This document shows, in pieces, positions 24,401 to 38,200 of a stretch of DNA of 39,794 nucleotides; within the stretch, counting starts at the first letter, position 1; every line of letters begins with the position of its first letter. The notes beneath the pieces were generated by a model. It was given only the letters and a program-made list of their open reading frames with translations, did not search any database and was not told the origin of the DNA. This stretch comes from Intoshia linei (Eukaryota > Animalia > Orthonectida). The translations under genes and the position numbers were made by a program. The stretch lies in the NCBI GenBank assembly GCA_001642005.1, contig LWCA01000211.1:1-39794 (forward strand), written 5' to 3'.

Positions 24401-27042
24401 TTACATGTTTCCCATTTCATGTCAATTTTATTTTTACGGTTACTACATGTATGACTTTGTATTAAATTATAAAGGCTTGTATTTATAGTGTCAGTATTTA
24501 AATTAGAAAGGCAATGAAAAAAATTATTTTGTCAGCACTTTAAATAAAGTGTCAGTATATCCTTGACTATACAGTATATACTGACAAATATGTAATTGAA
24601 TACTGACAAAATAATTTTAATATTTATATTGACAATTTTTGTTGAAAATACTGAAAATTTTTAATTAAAATACTGACAAATAAAATATTTCCCAATTATA
24701 AATTTGGACTTTTTAATATTTTTTCAACCCATTCCTCTTATATATAACGATGCACATCCAATCTTAAAATTACCATTCAGAGTACTAATTTCAATAAATT
24801 AATGACTGCAACTTTTAAGTTGATATTCTGGGGATATTTTTGAAAAAATTTAAACATATCACATTTTAGAACGATAATTTTGATATTTTGATAATTTTGT
24901 TGATAACACAAAACCATGTAAAATATGAAGTCGTCCTGCACTGGACGATATCGCCAGATTGGGAAATATTGTATTAAATGTATATTATTATTAATTTATT
25001 AAAATTTATAGTTGGTCACCTAAAGCTGCATTAATTTCACTGTTAAATGGATCAAAATACATGCAGAATGACAAGGTATAAAATTTAAATATTGAAAAGT
25101 AGGACTACTATGTACCAGGTTTACCAATCTGATATTATTCTGATATATCAAATGAATAAGTATTTTTTAGATTGTTGAAATTGCCCCAGGAGATATTTTA
25201 AAACATTCAAAACCACTTGATTATTTATATTCATTGAGACTTCAAGGATATCCTAATAGAAATGCACTACCATACCTTACAGACTATGGAATAGAAACTG
25301 CAAAAACTATTTTACGAGGAACTATTCGTTATGATGTAATTTTTTTTAAATTCATGCTAGATTTGTTTACAATCAATTTATAATATTTTGATTTTCACGT
25401 GTCTGTCGTTATTTTCAATAAATATTAATTTAATTTTAGGGTTTCTCTCAGACTATGTTAAAATTACAAAATTTTGGTTTATTGTCAACAGAAAACGATT
25501 CATTATTATCTCAGACGTGCCCTTCATTAAAATGGGTAAGTTTAAACAATTCATATTTAATTTCATAAATATTAATCAAACTTTATATTAGTATCAATTT
25601 TTGTCGACATGTATGGGTATGACAAAAAATGCATCTTATCAAGACGTTATAAATTCTATTAATGCCAAATTCAGTGATAATATGGAAACTGTTAATATTT
25701 TCAAAAAGTAATTACAATTTTTTTATTATTTTCAATGTGTTTAGATTGGGTATCTTGAGCGAAAATTCGGTTTCAAAACAAGGAACACCACTTGACACTC
25801 TAGCTTTACATTTGGGAGATTTGTTAGCATACAGTAATTAATAAAATATAACAACATACTATTAAAATAATGATTTAAATCAATGTTTCTTATTATCAGG
25901 TCCGCGAATATTTTATACTAGTTAAGTATGAATCATGACGAGTTTAAAACAAAGATTTATATTTTTTATAATTGATTGAGCTATTCATTTTAATTTCTCT
26001 GGGTGGATACATATCACATTGTTGGCATTTATAAGATTATTATCGATCAAAACATTTTTTGTAAATAGTTAAAAAATTTTCATTTGTTAAATTTAACATT
26101 ATGCAGCATATTACTGAACCTTGATATAAAATTTTTAAGGGTTTGAAAATTTTTTGTTGAAATACAGGGTCAATGGATTTTAATGTTGAGTTAAATTTTA
26201 AGAACCACTAGTATACAATATTGTATTATTATTTTTTATTTTAATTTAAATGTAAAAATAGAAAAAAATGAAAATGATATGATCGTTATGCGAACTGAAG
26301 TTATAGGTAAATATAATGGCTACAAACAACTTACTACAGCGGACTTGATTGTTTATGGAACTGATAAAGTCTCTGCAATGTCTAAAACTGTTGGCATTCC
26401 TCTTGGTATTGGATGTCAAATGATTCTAAATAGTATATTTTAATAAATATTTATAGATTTATGACACGCGATGCGGTAGGAAATTTTTTTGAGTTACGCT
26501 TATAATTTTGAAAAAAAATTACCCGACCATTTATAGAAATTATAATACAGTTCTTCAAGACTACTGTACTGCCATACATTTTCAATTTCAATCTTAAAAA
26601 GGTGATGCTTAGTTAAAAACGCATTTACCATTTTGTTTATGAATATTTTTCAATTTTTGAATTTCAATTGAAAATGAAAACTAAGAATTATATAATTTTA
26701 TAACCATCACTATTATTCCTCAGAATTAAGTGGATTGATATAATTTTTGTATAAAAAAATAAATATTAAACATTTTAACTGATGGGCAACAATAAAATCT
26801 TACGCCGACATCAGGTTTTCATCGCTGATTGTAAGATATACATGTTAAAAATTGATTACCATTTCAAACGAAATACAATACTGTAAATTAATTTAAACAA
26901 CATTAATTATATGAATTTAGATGAAATCGATCTTAAAGGCATGATTGTTCCTCTTAAACCCAATATTTATAAAACAGTATTAAATAGACTTCACCAAGAA
27001 AACATTTCTTTCAATATTAAAACCGATAATATTGATAATTAA
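18469..27042 (+). CDS. AASS: Alpha-aminoadipic semialdehyde synthase (bifunctional lysine-ketoglutarate reductase / saccharopine dehydrogenase), mitochondrial, about 925 aa, 17 exons
   Basis: Exons 18469-19564, 19635-19698, 19739-19850, 19888-19947, 19989-20059, 22703-22827, 23380-23509, 23581-23691, 23991-24099, 24286-24362, 25012-25075, 25171-25335, 25440-25535, 25592-25707, 25745-25833, 26262-26432, 26921-27042 total 2778 nt in frame. LKR motifs [52 protein letters not shown] motifs [51 protein letters not shown]. Confidence 0.97.
20285..20410 (+). repeat. Interspersed repeat family B, copy 2 (AASS intron 5)
   Basis: Inverted homolog of 13660-13835. Confidence 0.8.
20738..21110 (+). mobile_element. 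hAT-type MITE family C, right TIR missing
   Basis: CAGAGCCGTCTTAAGCCACTT and CTTATTTCATTGAGTATTAATAAAAG..ATTATGTAGGTTTCTAG are shared with 27291-27643. Confidence 0.8.
21120..21933 (-). mobile_element. hAT-type MITE family A copy, interrupted by a nested TA-flanked element
   Basis: Ends GGGAACCACTG at 21933; inverted homolog of 5527-6070 on both sides of 21483-21805. Confidence 0.75.
21483..21805. mobile_element. Tc1/mariner-pogo(Tigger)-type MITE with TA target duplication
   Basis: Perfect 21-bp TIRs CTGTCTTTTCTCGATTATAAG and CTTATAATCGAGAAAAGACAG, flanked by TA at 21481-21482 and 21806-21807. Confidence 0.9.
24404..24971. mobile_element. Degenerate TIR element with an internal mirrored TGTCAGTA/TACTGACA array (AASS intron 10)
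   Basis: Ends CATGTTTCCCA and TGGGAAATATTG; about 8 motif copies at 24488-24680 that switch orientation near 24570. Confidence 0.5.
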
Positions 27043-27290
27043 ATGTTTAATAAATTATTATTTGTTGTTCATAAAATTGAATAGAATTAGAATCATAGTT
27101 ACACTACATTTAAATAATTGTAATTATTAATATAATATAATGGGGTACCAAATTATTTTTTTTCAGTTTAGAGGTACCAACTGTGAATTATGTTGGAAAC
27201 CGCTGATATAGATGTACATAATTAGATCGATAAATAGTAAAATTAATAAAAGTTTAATTAATATTTTTAACGGGTTAACTATCACCCAGT

Positions 27291-27643
27291 CAGAGCCGTC
27301 TTAAGCCACTTCGTGGCCCTGGGCTAAGCAAAGGTCCGGTGCCCTTTAAAATTTCGAACGAAGCAATAAAAAAAATCCCCTGTTTAGAAGACAGGGAATA
27401 CTGTTGGTTGGAGACTTAGAGTCTTATTTCATTGAGTATTAATAAAAGAATTAAAAGATATTATGTAGGTTTCTAGAACTTTTATTTCTTTTACAAAAAC
27501 CTACTTACATTAATTAATAAAAGTTTACTTTTTCATTTAAAAATATGCACCATGCAGTCACAACAAATAAATGTGAAGTATTTTTTAATAAATTTGGGGC
27601 CCTGGACTACAGTCCATATTGCCCATACCTTAAAACGGCTCTG
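27291..27643 (+). mobile_element. hAT-type MITE family C, complete copy
   Basis: TIRs CAGAGCCGTCTTAAG and CTTAAAACGGCTCTG; flanks CACCCAGT / AACCCAGT. Confidence 0.9.
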
Positions 27644-28329
27644 AACCCAGTAAATAAACATTTTAATTAAAAAGACCGTTAGCCATTCCAATCAAAATGT
27701 AACTTATGTTATCAACTTTTGTAAACTTTTTAGCTAAATTTCCTAGTCCAGTCATTTTCAATTGTTTTCACAATTCACTTTTAACGTAACGTACGAAAGA
27801 AAAGAGTTCTATAATTGTATAGTATTCGGTTTAATAAAATATACACGTATGTATTAATATAAAATTTTTAAAAATTGACAAACATTACGGAAAAATCCGT
27901 GGTTCGCCATTCTTAAATAATTTCATATTGGTGAAATTTGACAATTTTAAAAAGCCTAGATTTTAACCAGATGTCATTATTAATCTTAACATACCGTTTA
28001 ATACAGTGATTATCAACCTATTCCAGTATATGACCAATAAGCACAGGTTTTACGAGCCCGTGCTGGTATTGGTACCAGCATTTCTGATTTTATTACCAAT
28101 ACAATAAAAAAATTAATTCACTTTTTGTAAAATACAGTAAAACATCACTTTACAAACTCCCGCATTAACGAACAAATTAAAATACATATAATTAAATAGA
28201 AAAATGCCCGAAAATTAATGTCATAAATAAAGTTAAATAAAATAGGTAATGTAAATTAGACTCTCGCTCAACAAACTTGGAATGAATTGGTTCGTTAATG
28301 TGAGTTATTATTTTATATTATTTCAGAGT

Positions 28330-28600
28330 TGTTAGATGTTGGGATTTTATCCAAAACCTAGACGACCGATAAATTATTATTTTAAAATCCCCTTTCTAAC
28401 GATTTTACATAAAACATTATAATCCAATTCCAAAATAAATCATACAATTTTAGCAACCCTTAAGCCTTAAGTTAAGGTTAAATCTTGTTCCCTACATTTT
28501 TTTGAAAATTTTACCAAACTCTACGAGAAAAAGCCCTTAATCCAAACACAAAATAAAAAACTAAAATTTTAGCAACCATGAAGTAAAAATATCTTTTTTC
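28330..28600 (+). repeat. Internal fragment of MITE family A
   Basis: TAGATGTT..TTATCCAAAACCTAGACGAC..ATTATTATTTTAAAATCCC is similar to 5655-5720, followed by the same internal repeat unit. Confidence 0.65.
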
Positions 28601-28688
28601 GAGTACTTAGTTCTAAACATTAAAAATTAGTGAGACTCAAAAGTGTCATTATATTCAAATTACACTTTACAAATTAGTCATTTATATA

Positions 28689-28900
28689 CAGGGTGTTCAT
28701 TTTAAGACTATACTTTCAGTATATATTCATTAGGGTTTTTCGTTTCTGACAAAATTCCACCCCTATTTTGAAGAAGATACTTGAAAACCTATAAAAAAAA
28801 ATTTTATAAAAAATGACTATAAAAACATCTACACTTTTTGACTTTTAAGGTTTTTGCGCGCTTTTTCTCCTTTTTCTTAATTGGCGCAATTTTTTTTTTT
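28689..28900 (+). mobile_element. Possible one-ended mariner-like MITE remnant
   Basis: TA followed by CAGGGTGTTCATTTTAAG, which resembles mariner-type termini; right end not found, so the extent is approximate. Confidence 0.4.
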
Positions 28901-29502
28901 AAAAAAGATCAATATCTAATAGTTTATGGTTATTAAAAATTTTAAAATTCATACAAACGCACATAAACTAATTATACACTAAGGCTTAGTAATAATATGC
29001 AATAATGCTCATTTTTTGTTTTGTTACATTTAATGCTTTTTATAATGAAATTTACTATTTATAAAAGTATATGTAAATTATAAAATGTAATACACGAATA
29101 AATATACATTATGTATTAATACCCATCTAATATAGAATCTATATTATAGATAACATTAACAAAGATTGTCCATTCCAGTATTTGAAGAAAACTTCATAAC
29201 AATAAAATAAAAATATTACCTGTTTTACAAAACTTTGTACATGCGCCACAGAATGCGCCACACATACTATTTTACTTATCTATAAACTTTTTTTTGTATA
29301 TTTTGACATTTTGATAAATTTATATAAAAATTTCAACAAACTGTTGAAAAATGGATACATCGTATCACATTGAATTTTAAAGTAATTTTTAATTAAAATA
29401 AATATTTAGCAATATATTAAATGATATTAATTTGATAAGTAACATACATGATAAACTAAAAAGAGTTTTATATGCATTGTTTACTTGTATTTTTGTGTAA
29501 AT

Positions 29503-30273
29503 ATGAATTTGCTGCCATTATGCATACTCACAATCTCAAGTTTACTAGTATTGGGGCGAGATTTCCCATCATTAAAATTATGTAATTGTTGTCAACACGA
29601 GGACGAATTGATGGTGACATGTTCAAAAAACCAATTACCTAAAGCGATAGAATTGATGAGGATATATATTCCAAACTATTATTTATGTTTTCCGTCAAAA
29701 TTAGACACCAACTCTACAAACGTCGGAAAGGGTATAAACTCAATCTACGTCCTATTAGACATAAACAAAAATACATTTATCAAAGACAAAAAAAGTGATT
29801 ATTTTTGGTTTGAACGGGATTTATTGGGTTTAAAATTTCAACACGACAAAAATTACACAATCTATCTAAATACACAATTTATGAAACATGTTTACAAGAC
29901 ACCTATATTTAAGTGTAATGACATGGAAATTTGTGAGAACGATGAAAATAGCAACTGGGCCACTTATTGCAACAGTGGAGCGCAAGACTATGTACAAGAT
30001 ATGATTCAAAACATAGTTGACGATCGGTATTATAGTAGTCATTCGAATATCAATACAATTATGGCAACACTCTTAGATGTCCTAATAGGAATATTAATAG
30101 CCAGTATAAGTGTATTGTTGGGTTTAATGTATTTGATAAACTATTTTAAAACACAACTACCCACAAGGCCAATGTCAAGTAGTAATTTATCAAAAACTGA
30201 AAATTCTGTAGATTATACTGATGTTACAAAAGATTTATATGAAGATGAATCCACACAAGACATGTTGGTGTAA
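29503..30273 (+). CDS. Uncharacterised intronless single-pass type I membrane protein, 256 aa
   Basis: Signal peptide MNLLPLCILTISSLLVLG; Cys-containing ectodomain with N-glycosylation sequons NST and NYT; TM helix VLIGILIASISVLLGLMYLI; acidic cytoplasmic tail with YTDV. AATAAA at 30278-30283. Confidence 0.8.
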   Translation: MNLLPLCILTISSLLVLGRDFPSLKLCNCCQHEDELMVTCSKNQLPKAIELMRIYIPNYYLCFPSKLDTNSTNVGKGINSIYVLLDINKNTFIKDKKSDYFWFERDLLGLKFQHDKNYTIYLNTQFMKHVYKTPIFKCNDMEICENDENSNWATYCNSGAQDYVQDMIQNIVDDRYYSSHSNINTIMATLLDVLIGILIASISVLLGLMYLINYFKTQLPTRPMSSSNLSKTENSVDYTDVTKDLYEDESTQDMLV

Positions 30274-30445
30274 TTTCAATAAACTTTTTCTGTAAACTAA
30301 ATTCAATACAACTTTAAAATTTGTTAACACGTGGGGCTATTTGGTTACATCAATAAAGGTTGCATTGATTAGGTAACAAATATTATAACAATCAATATAC
30401 GACCTTCCACAAATTTCGATTAATATTGATAAAATTTAAATTAAA

Positions 30446-33312
<2,867 letters not shown>

Positions 33313-33315
33313 ATC

Positions 33316-33345
33316 AATAAAATTTGCAATAATTCAATGTTTATT
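33316..33345. terminator. Two opposed polyadenylation signals: AATAAA on + at 33316-33321 and on - at 33345-33340
   Basis: Canonical hexamers next to the stop codons of the two convergent genes. Confidence 0.55.
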
Positions 33346-33900
33346 TATAAAACTTGATATTTAATATATTTGGGACTTTTTTACATAAAAAGAGCAACCT
33401 AGAAATAATCTATATAATTTGTTTTATTATTAAAAAATGGTTACATTGTGGCACCCAAAGCAAATGTGAGAAAATGAGTCGAAACAGATAATAAAACTTG
33501 ATGTGAAAAAAAGTTTTTTATGCTAGTCCAATAATTTAGTATATTTTGATAGTAATTATGAGTATGAATTTCTTTTTTATTGGTAATGTTTACGTTCATC
33601 TTTATGGCGTTCAAATTTGTTTCGTTGTTTAATTTACTGCACAATTGTTCAATATTTCTTTTTTGAGCATCAGAAACTTTTTGAGCTAATTCAGGAGGTG
33701 TGCACATTGTTGGAGGGCTAAAAATGGGTCAGTTTATTTTAATTTTTGAAATACCTTTCAAATCCATCCTTGTGTACTATTGTTATGGACTGGTCGTAGT
33801 ATTTTATGCAAACAGGCGTAGCTTCGTTGCCACTTTTATTTATATTTACCCAATCTAGTTTTGATTATTTTATAAATTTAATAATACCGCTTGAATCCAT
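33341..33900 (-). CDS. Small tail-anchored protein, putative divergent BNIP3/NIX-family mitophagy receptor (144-147 aa, 4 exons)
   Basis: Exons 33900-33888, 33854-33755, 33717-33445, then 33398-33341 (or 33409-33361); introns 33, 37 and 46 (or 35) nt. Reads MDSSDWVNI..ESPPTMCTPPELAQKVSDAQKRN..FFSHQVLLSVSTHFLTFALGATMLLFLCKK. It has an N-terminal LIR-like S/D-W-x-x-I, a DAQ motif, and a C-terminal TM with (S/T)H..LG followed by KK. Confidence 0.6.
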
Positions 33901-35240
33901 TGCAATTATTGAGAATATGAAAAATTGATTTTATTATAGTCTAGATTTTGTTAATCTAGCTGGAATTAATTAATAACTTGGATACACCATGGAATGTGAC
34001 ACTGCGTTTTAATTTGGGATGTATCAGTTGTATTTTAAATGTTTATTTCCCACTGTAACCTATTTATGTAACTTTCTATGCAACGTGTAGCTTCTTTGGA
34101 ACGGGACGTACGAATATTGTATTATGTCTCTGTAAATATAAACAAACGATAAGTTTTAGTTTTCAAAATTTAATGTGCGTATGGCAATATGTGCAGCCGC
34201 CAATTTTATATATCTACATTTAGATTGTAGTTACTGGTATTGTGCAGCATATGAAACTTACATTCTTAAAATTTAAGTTTTAGTAAGGTAAATAAATTAT
34301 TTTTGTCAATAGTTATGTGAAGATACTGCATTTTAAAATTTATTGGCGGATACATGTGAATATATAAGTATTGTTAGTAATGAACTACAAGTATTATGAC
34401 TGGATTAAATCTAAATGTTATCAGAGTTTTAGGTTGATATTAATATATTTTATAAATCTGATTATAATAGAAAATTGACATGCTCAAACAACATTAATGT
34501 ATACTTTCACACATAAATATAATTTTTTCGTATAGAACATTGACCTGCGTTGAACGACATTTGATTATATATGATGCTTGCCTGTTTATTGTAAATCATA
34601 TTTTAATTGATCAATGCACCAAACTGTACTGTTGCATTATCTTTTATACACTAATTTATGTTAATCTGGAAGTATAATACATTATTATATATAATAATTG
34701 TTTAGTATGTAATTTTACATTATTTGTGTTGTAATTAATACTTACAATGGTGTCATGTTGGTCCTACATGTATGACATACATTGTATGAGTAATACACAT
34801 TGTGTATCAGTCTTAATTTTGGACTATTTTATTTATATTTAAAAAATTTTATGATGGGAAAATTGAAATTTATCAACCGGTTGGTTTGGTAACAGTAAAC
34901 TTTATAAAATCCTAGATTTGGACATTGAATGAAATACTAATAGTTTACACTTATCAACTTTATTAAGGGTTGGTAGAACTACATTTTTGTTTTAAATATT
35001 GCTAATTAGATTTTTCTTTTAAAGTTGATTTTATCCTAAAAGCTTAGTAAAGATAAATTTTTTTATGGTTCATAGGATTGGATTTTTAAGTAAAAATTAG
35101 AATGAAATACCGTATTATGTTAATTATATCATTAAATATTACAGTTTATTCGTGGTTAGGATACTTTTAAAAGTGTTTTACCCACATTAATATAATAAGC
35201 TGGGTAAAATCATATTTTATTTACATTTATTACAGTTTAA

Positions 35241-38200
35241 TTATTTTTTAAATTTAAATATGCTTTTTTCATAATTGAGTCCATAAAACTGAGTAATACA
35301 ATCCGATGCATTTTGCTTTATTTTAAAATCTTTCACAAAACTACTCTTTGTACTTTCTGTTAATTCGTTTATATTTGCAACAATATCTGCATTGTATGTA
35401 GTCGACATTCCATTTTTTACTTTCTAATAATTTATATTAACCTTTTACTCGTTACATTTGTTACTGTAAAAATTAATATTTAACATATTACAGTGGTAAC
35501 TGTTGGGAAACAGGGATTGGAATTAATTTAATTGCAATTAATTGGTAAAAATTATTGAAATAAAATCAATTAATTGTTTGTTCAAAAAATATTTTCCAAT
35601 TAATTGCTTTATGAAAAATAATTGCAATAAATTGGTTTTTTGAAATATAAAAAAATTTCTATTAATTGAAGATTGATAACAATATCATCATTTTCAAAAA
35701 ACTGTCATGTGGTTATAATGAATATACTAAGATGATATTTGTCTGAAGTACATATCAGTCAAGCTAGTAGGTTAAATAAATTATTTTTCTGGTCACAAAC
35801 GTGTTTCTATTTTTCTAAAATTGCATAGAATAATGAAAAGTTGTTAATATTTTATTATACAGTGTCAAACTATTTTATTTTCAAAATAGTACATTTTGTA
35901 TTTAAAAAATATTTTCATATTATTTATTTTATTTCTTCTTTTGAATTTGGAAATAAAATTGTTTCTGGAAATAAATAAAGCATGGTGGGACTGCGATACG
36001 CTACAACTAGTGTTGACAGTGTCAACTTGACACCTTAATATTGTATTATTATAAATTATAGTGTATAATATTTAAATTTAATTTTTGAACCACATAAAAA
36101 AAAATTATTTAATTTTTTTATCCAACCATTCGTCAATAAAGAATTCAATTTATATTTTTTCAATTATATGAAGAAACCAATTAATTGAAAATTATCTTTT
36201 CATTTTTCAATTAATTGCAAAAAAATCATTTAATTCGTTTATACAAAATAATTGATTGCAATCAATTATTTTCAATCCCTGGTTGGGAGGTAAACTTTAA
36301 AAAATATGTTTTTTAAAATGATTACTTTTTAGAAAGATATTTTTAACGATAATAATAATATAAATTTCTCATTGATTAAATTATTACCAGATATGATTTC
36401 GGAAACGTTTCAGCTTTTAACCAATGGTTAGGTAGTCGTTTTTTTATACAATGAATGCATACATTAGGCAAATTTTTTTCTACGTTATAATGCCCAAAAT
36501 TTTTTACGTCTTTGACAATGCTTTCTAGTTTATAATAATTTCCGTAACGTTTAGCTAAATATCACATTATAATTATACAATTATGTAATTATTGAATAAG
36601 CAAATGCCAGTCAATTTAAATATTGCTTATAATGTTAATACTAGTGAATCACTAGTGATGCGATGATTCCTAAATTTTCAACGATGTCGACTTCCTATGG
36701 GATTCCAAATACTTTTGAATCATACTATTTGTGTGAGTTTTATTTTTTTTAATTAGAAAAATAAATGAATCTATAGAACTACAAAATAAACAACTATGAA
36801 ACATAATAAAAATGCTTAAAATTAATTAATATTAAATTAATGTAAACCAAATAATTTTAAATTACAATGTTGATATATTAGCTTTTCACCATTTGTACAA
36901 AACATTCCATTTGGTTTTGAAGAACAGATAAAACCTCCAACATGAAAATTATTAAAGCTTCAATTGAAGAAGGAGGCGAAGATAAATATTGTTTTACGGG
37001 TAAACCAATATTCGGAAAATTTTATTGATTTATTGTATTGAGTGATAATCCATATTAAATTCATTTTAATTTAAAAAAAACTGCTGTTTTTTGCAACTAA
37101 TTTTTTTTTTAAAAAGTCGTAAAGAATCGGAATGGTAAAATTTTGCCGATTGGCGATTACGATTCTTTGGAATCGTTGCATCACTAGTTAATACTATAAA
37201 TAAATTGTAAGATTAACTCAACGTTATATTTGAAATACTATTGTACAATCTAAATTTCTATTACATTACATTTTCTTAAATGAAATACGTATATTGGTCC
37301 TTACTGTATACATTATTTTGTAAAGTATATAATATATCAATTATAATAATCATGGAAAATTAAAATTCTATACTAGGAACCTGAATTTGTGTTTAGAAGC
37401 GATGCTATAAGAGATTCCATCATATTAAGTTAATAGTATTAAAATTGGTAAAAGTTTTAAATAAAGATAAAGGCTAACAAAAGGTGTGTCATGGGTTTTT
37501 GTCATATTAAAGTATGTTCATTTTGTCAAGTTATTATAATTATTAATATCAAGTTAGAAAAACTAATTAGTTTTTCTGTTCATTAGAATTTAGCAATACA
37601 TTCACGATATCATACGATTTTATTGTATAATCAATAACTATAATGATTAATCAATATTTTTTGACAAGTAAATTAGAAGAGAAACCTTTAAAAATTTCAA
37701 ATTATTTTATAATTATAAAATCATAGTACATTGTATTAAATGTAATATAATTAGATAAATGTTTCCTAATCTATGCGATTTAGCTTTATTTGAGGTTAAT
37801 GGAAAAAATTAGTGACATTTTAAAAGAAATTAAAGAACAAATCTCTCGGTCACTAATATGAGGATAAAAAAATTTAATTAATTCTGAAACTAAGACTGGA
37901 AAATACCAGTATTAATGTGTAATTTCCACAAGGTAGAACACAGCATTTCACCAGATGGGTGACAAACTTTGTAGAGTTATTTTATTTGTATTTTTTTTTT
38001 AATTTAAAAAAGAGATTATCAAACTTCTATAAATGTTCATTTTGTGAAGCGTCATGTGGTACTGTACTTGAGATATGATCGGGATTATTTATTTATTTTG
38101 TCATATTTTTTTATTAGTAAAAATTATTATCGAAACTATAATAAATTTGGGTGTACTAAGCAGTGGCGGATCTAAAATTTTCAGCCTGAGGCCAAATGCA

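Noticed and set aside
24488-24680. CRISPR-like array
   Set aside because: The repeats are only about 8 nt, irregularly spaced and inverted, inside a eukaryotic intron with no cas genes.
33960-34160. Plus-strand spliced gene using an apparent 36-nt intron at 34055-34090
   Set aside because: No start codon for the open frame, and the continuations I tried hit stops.
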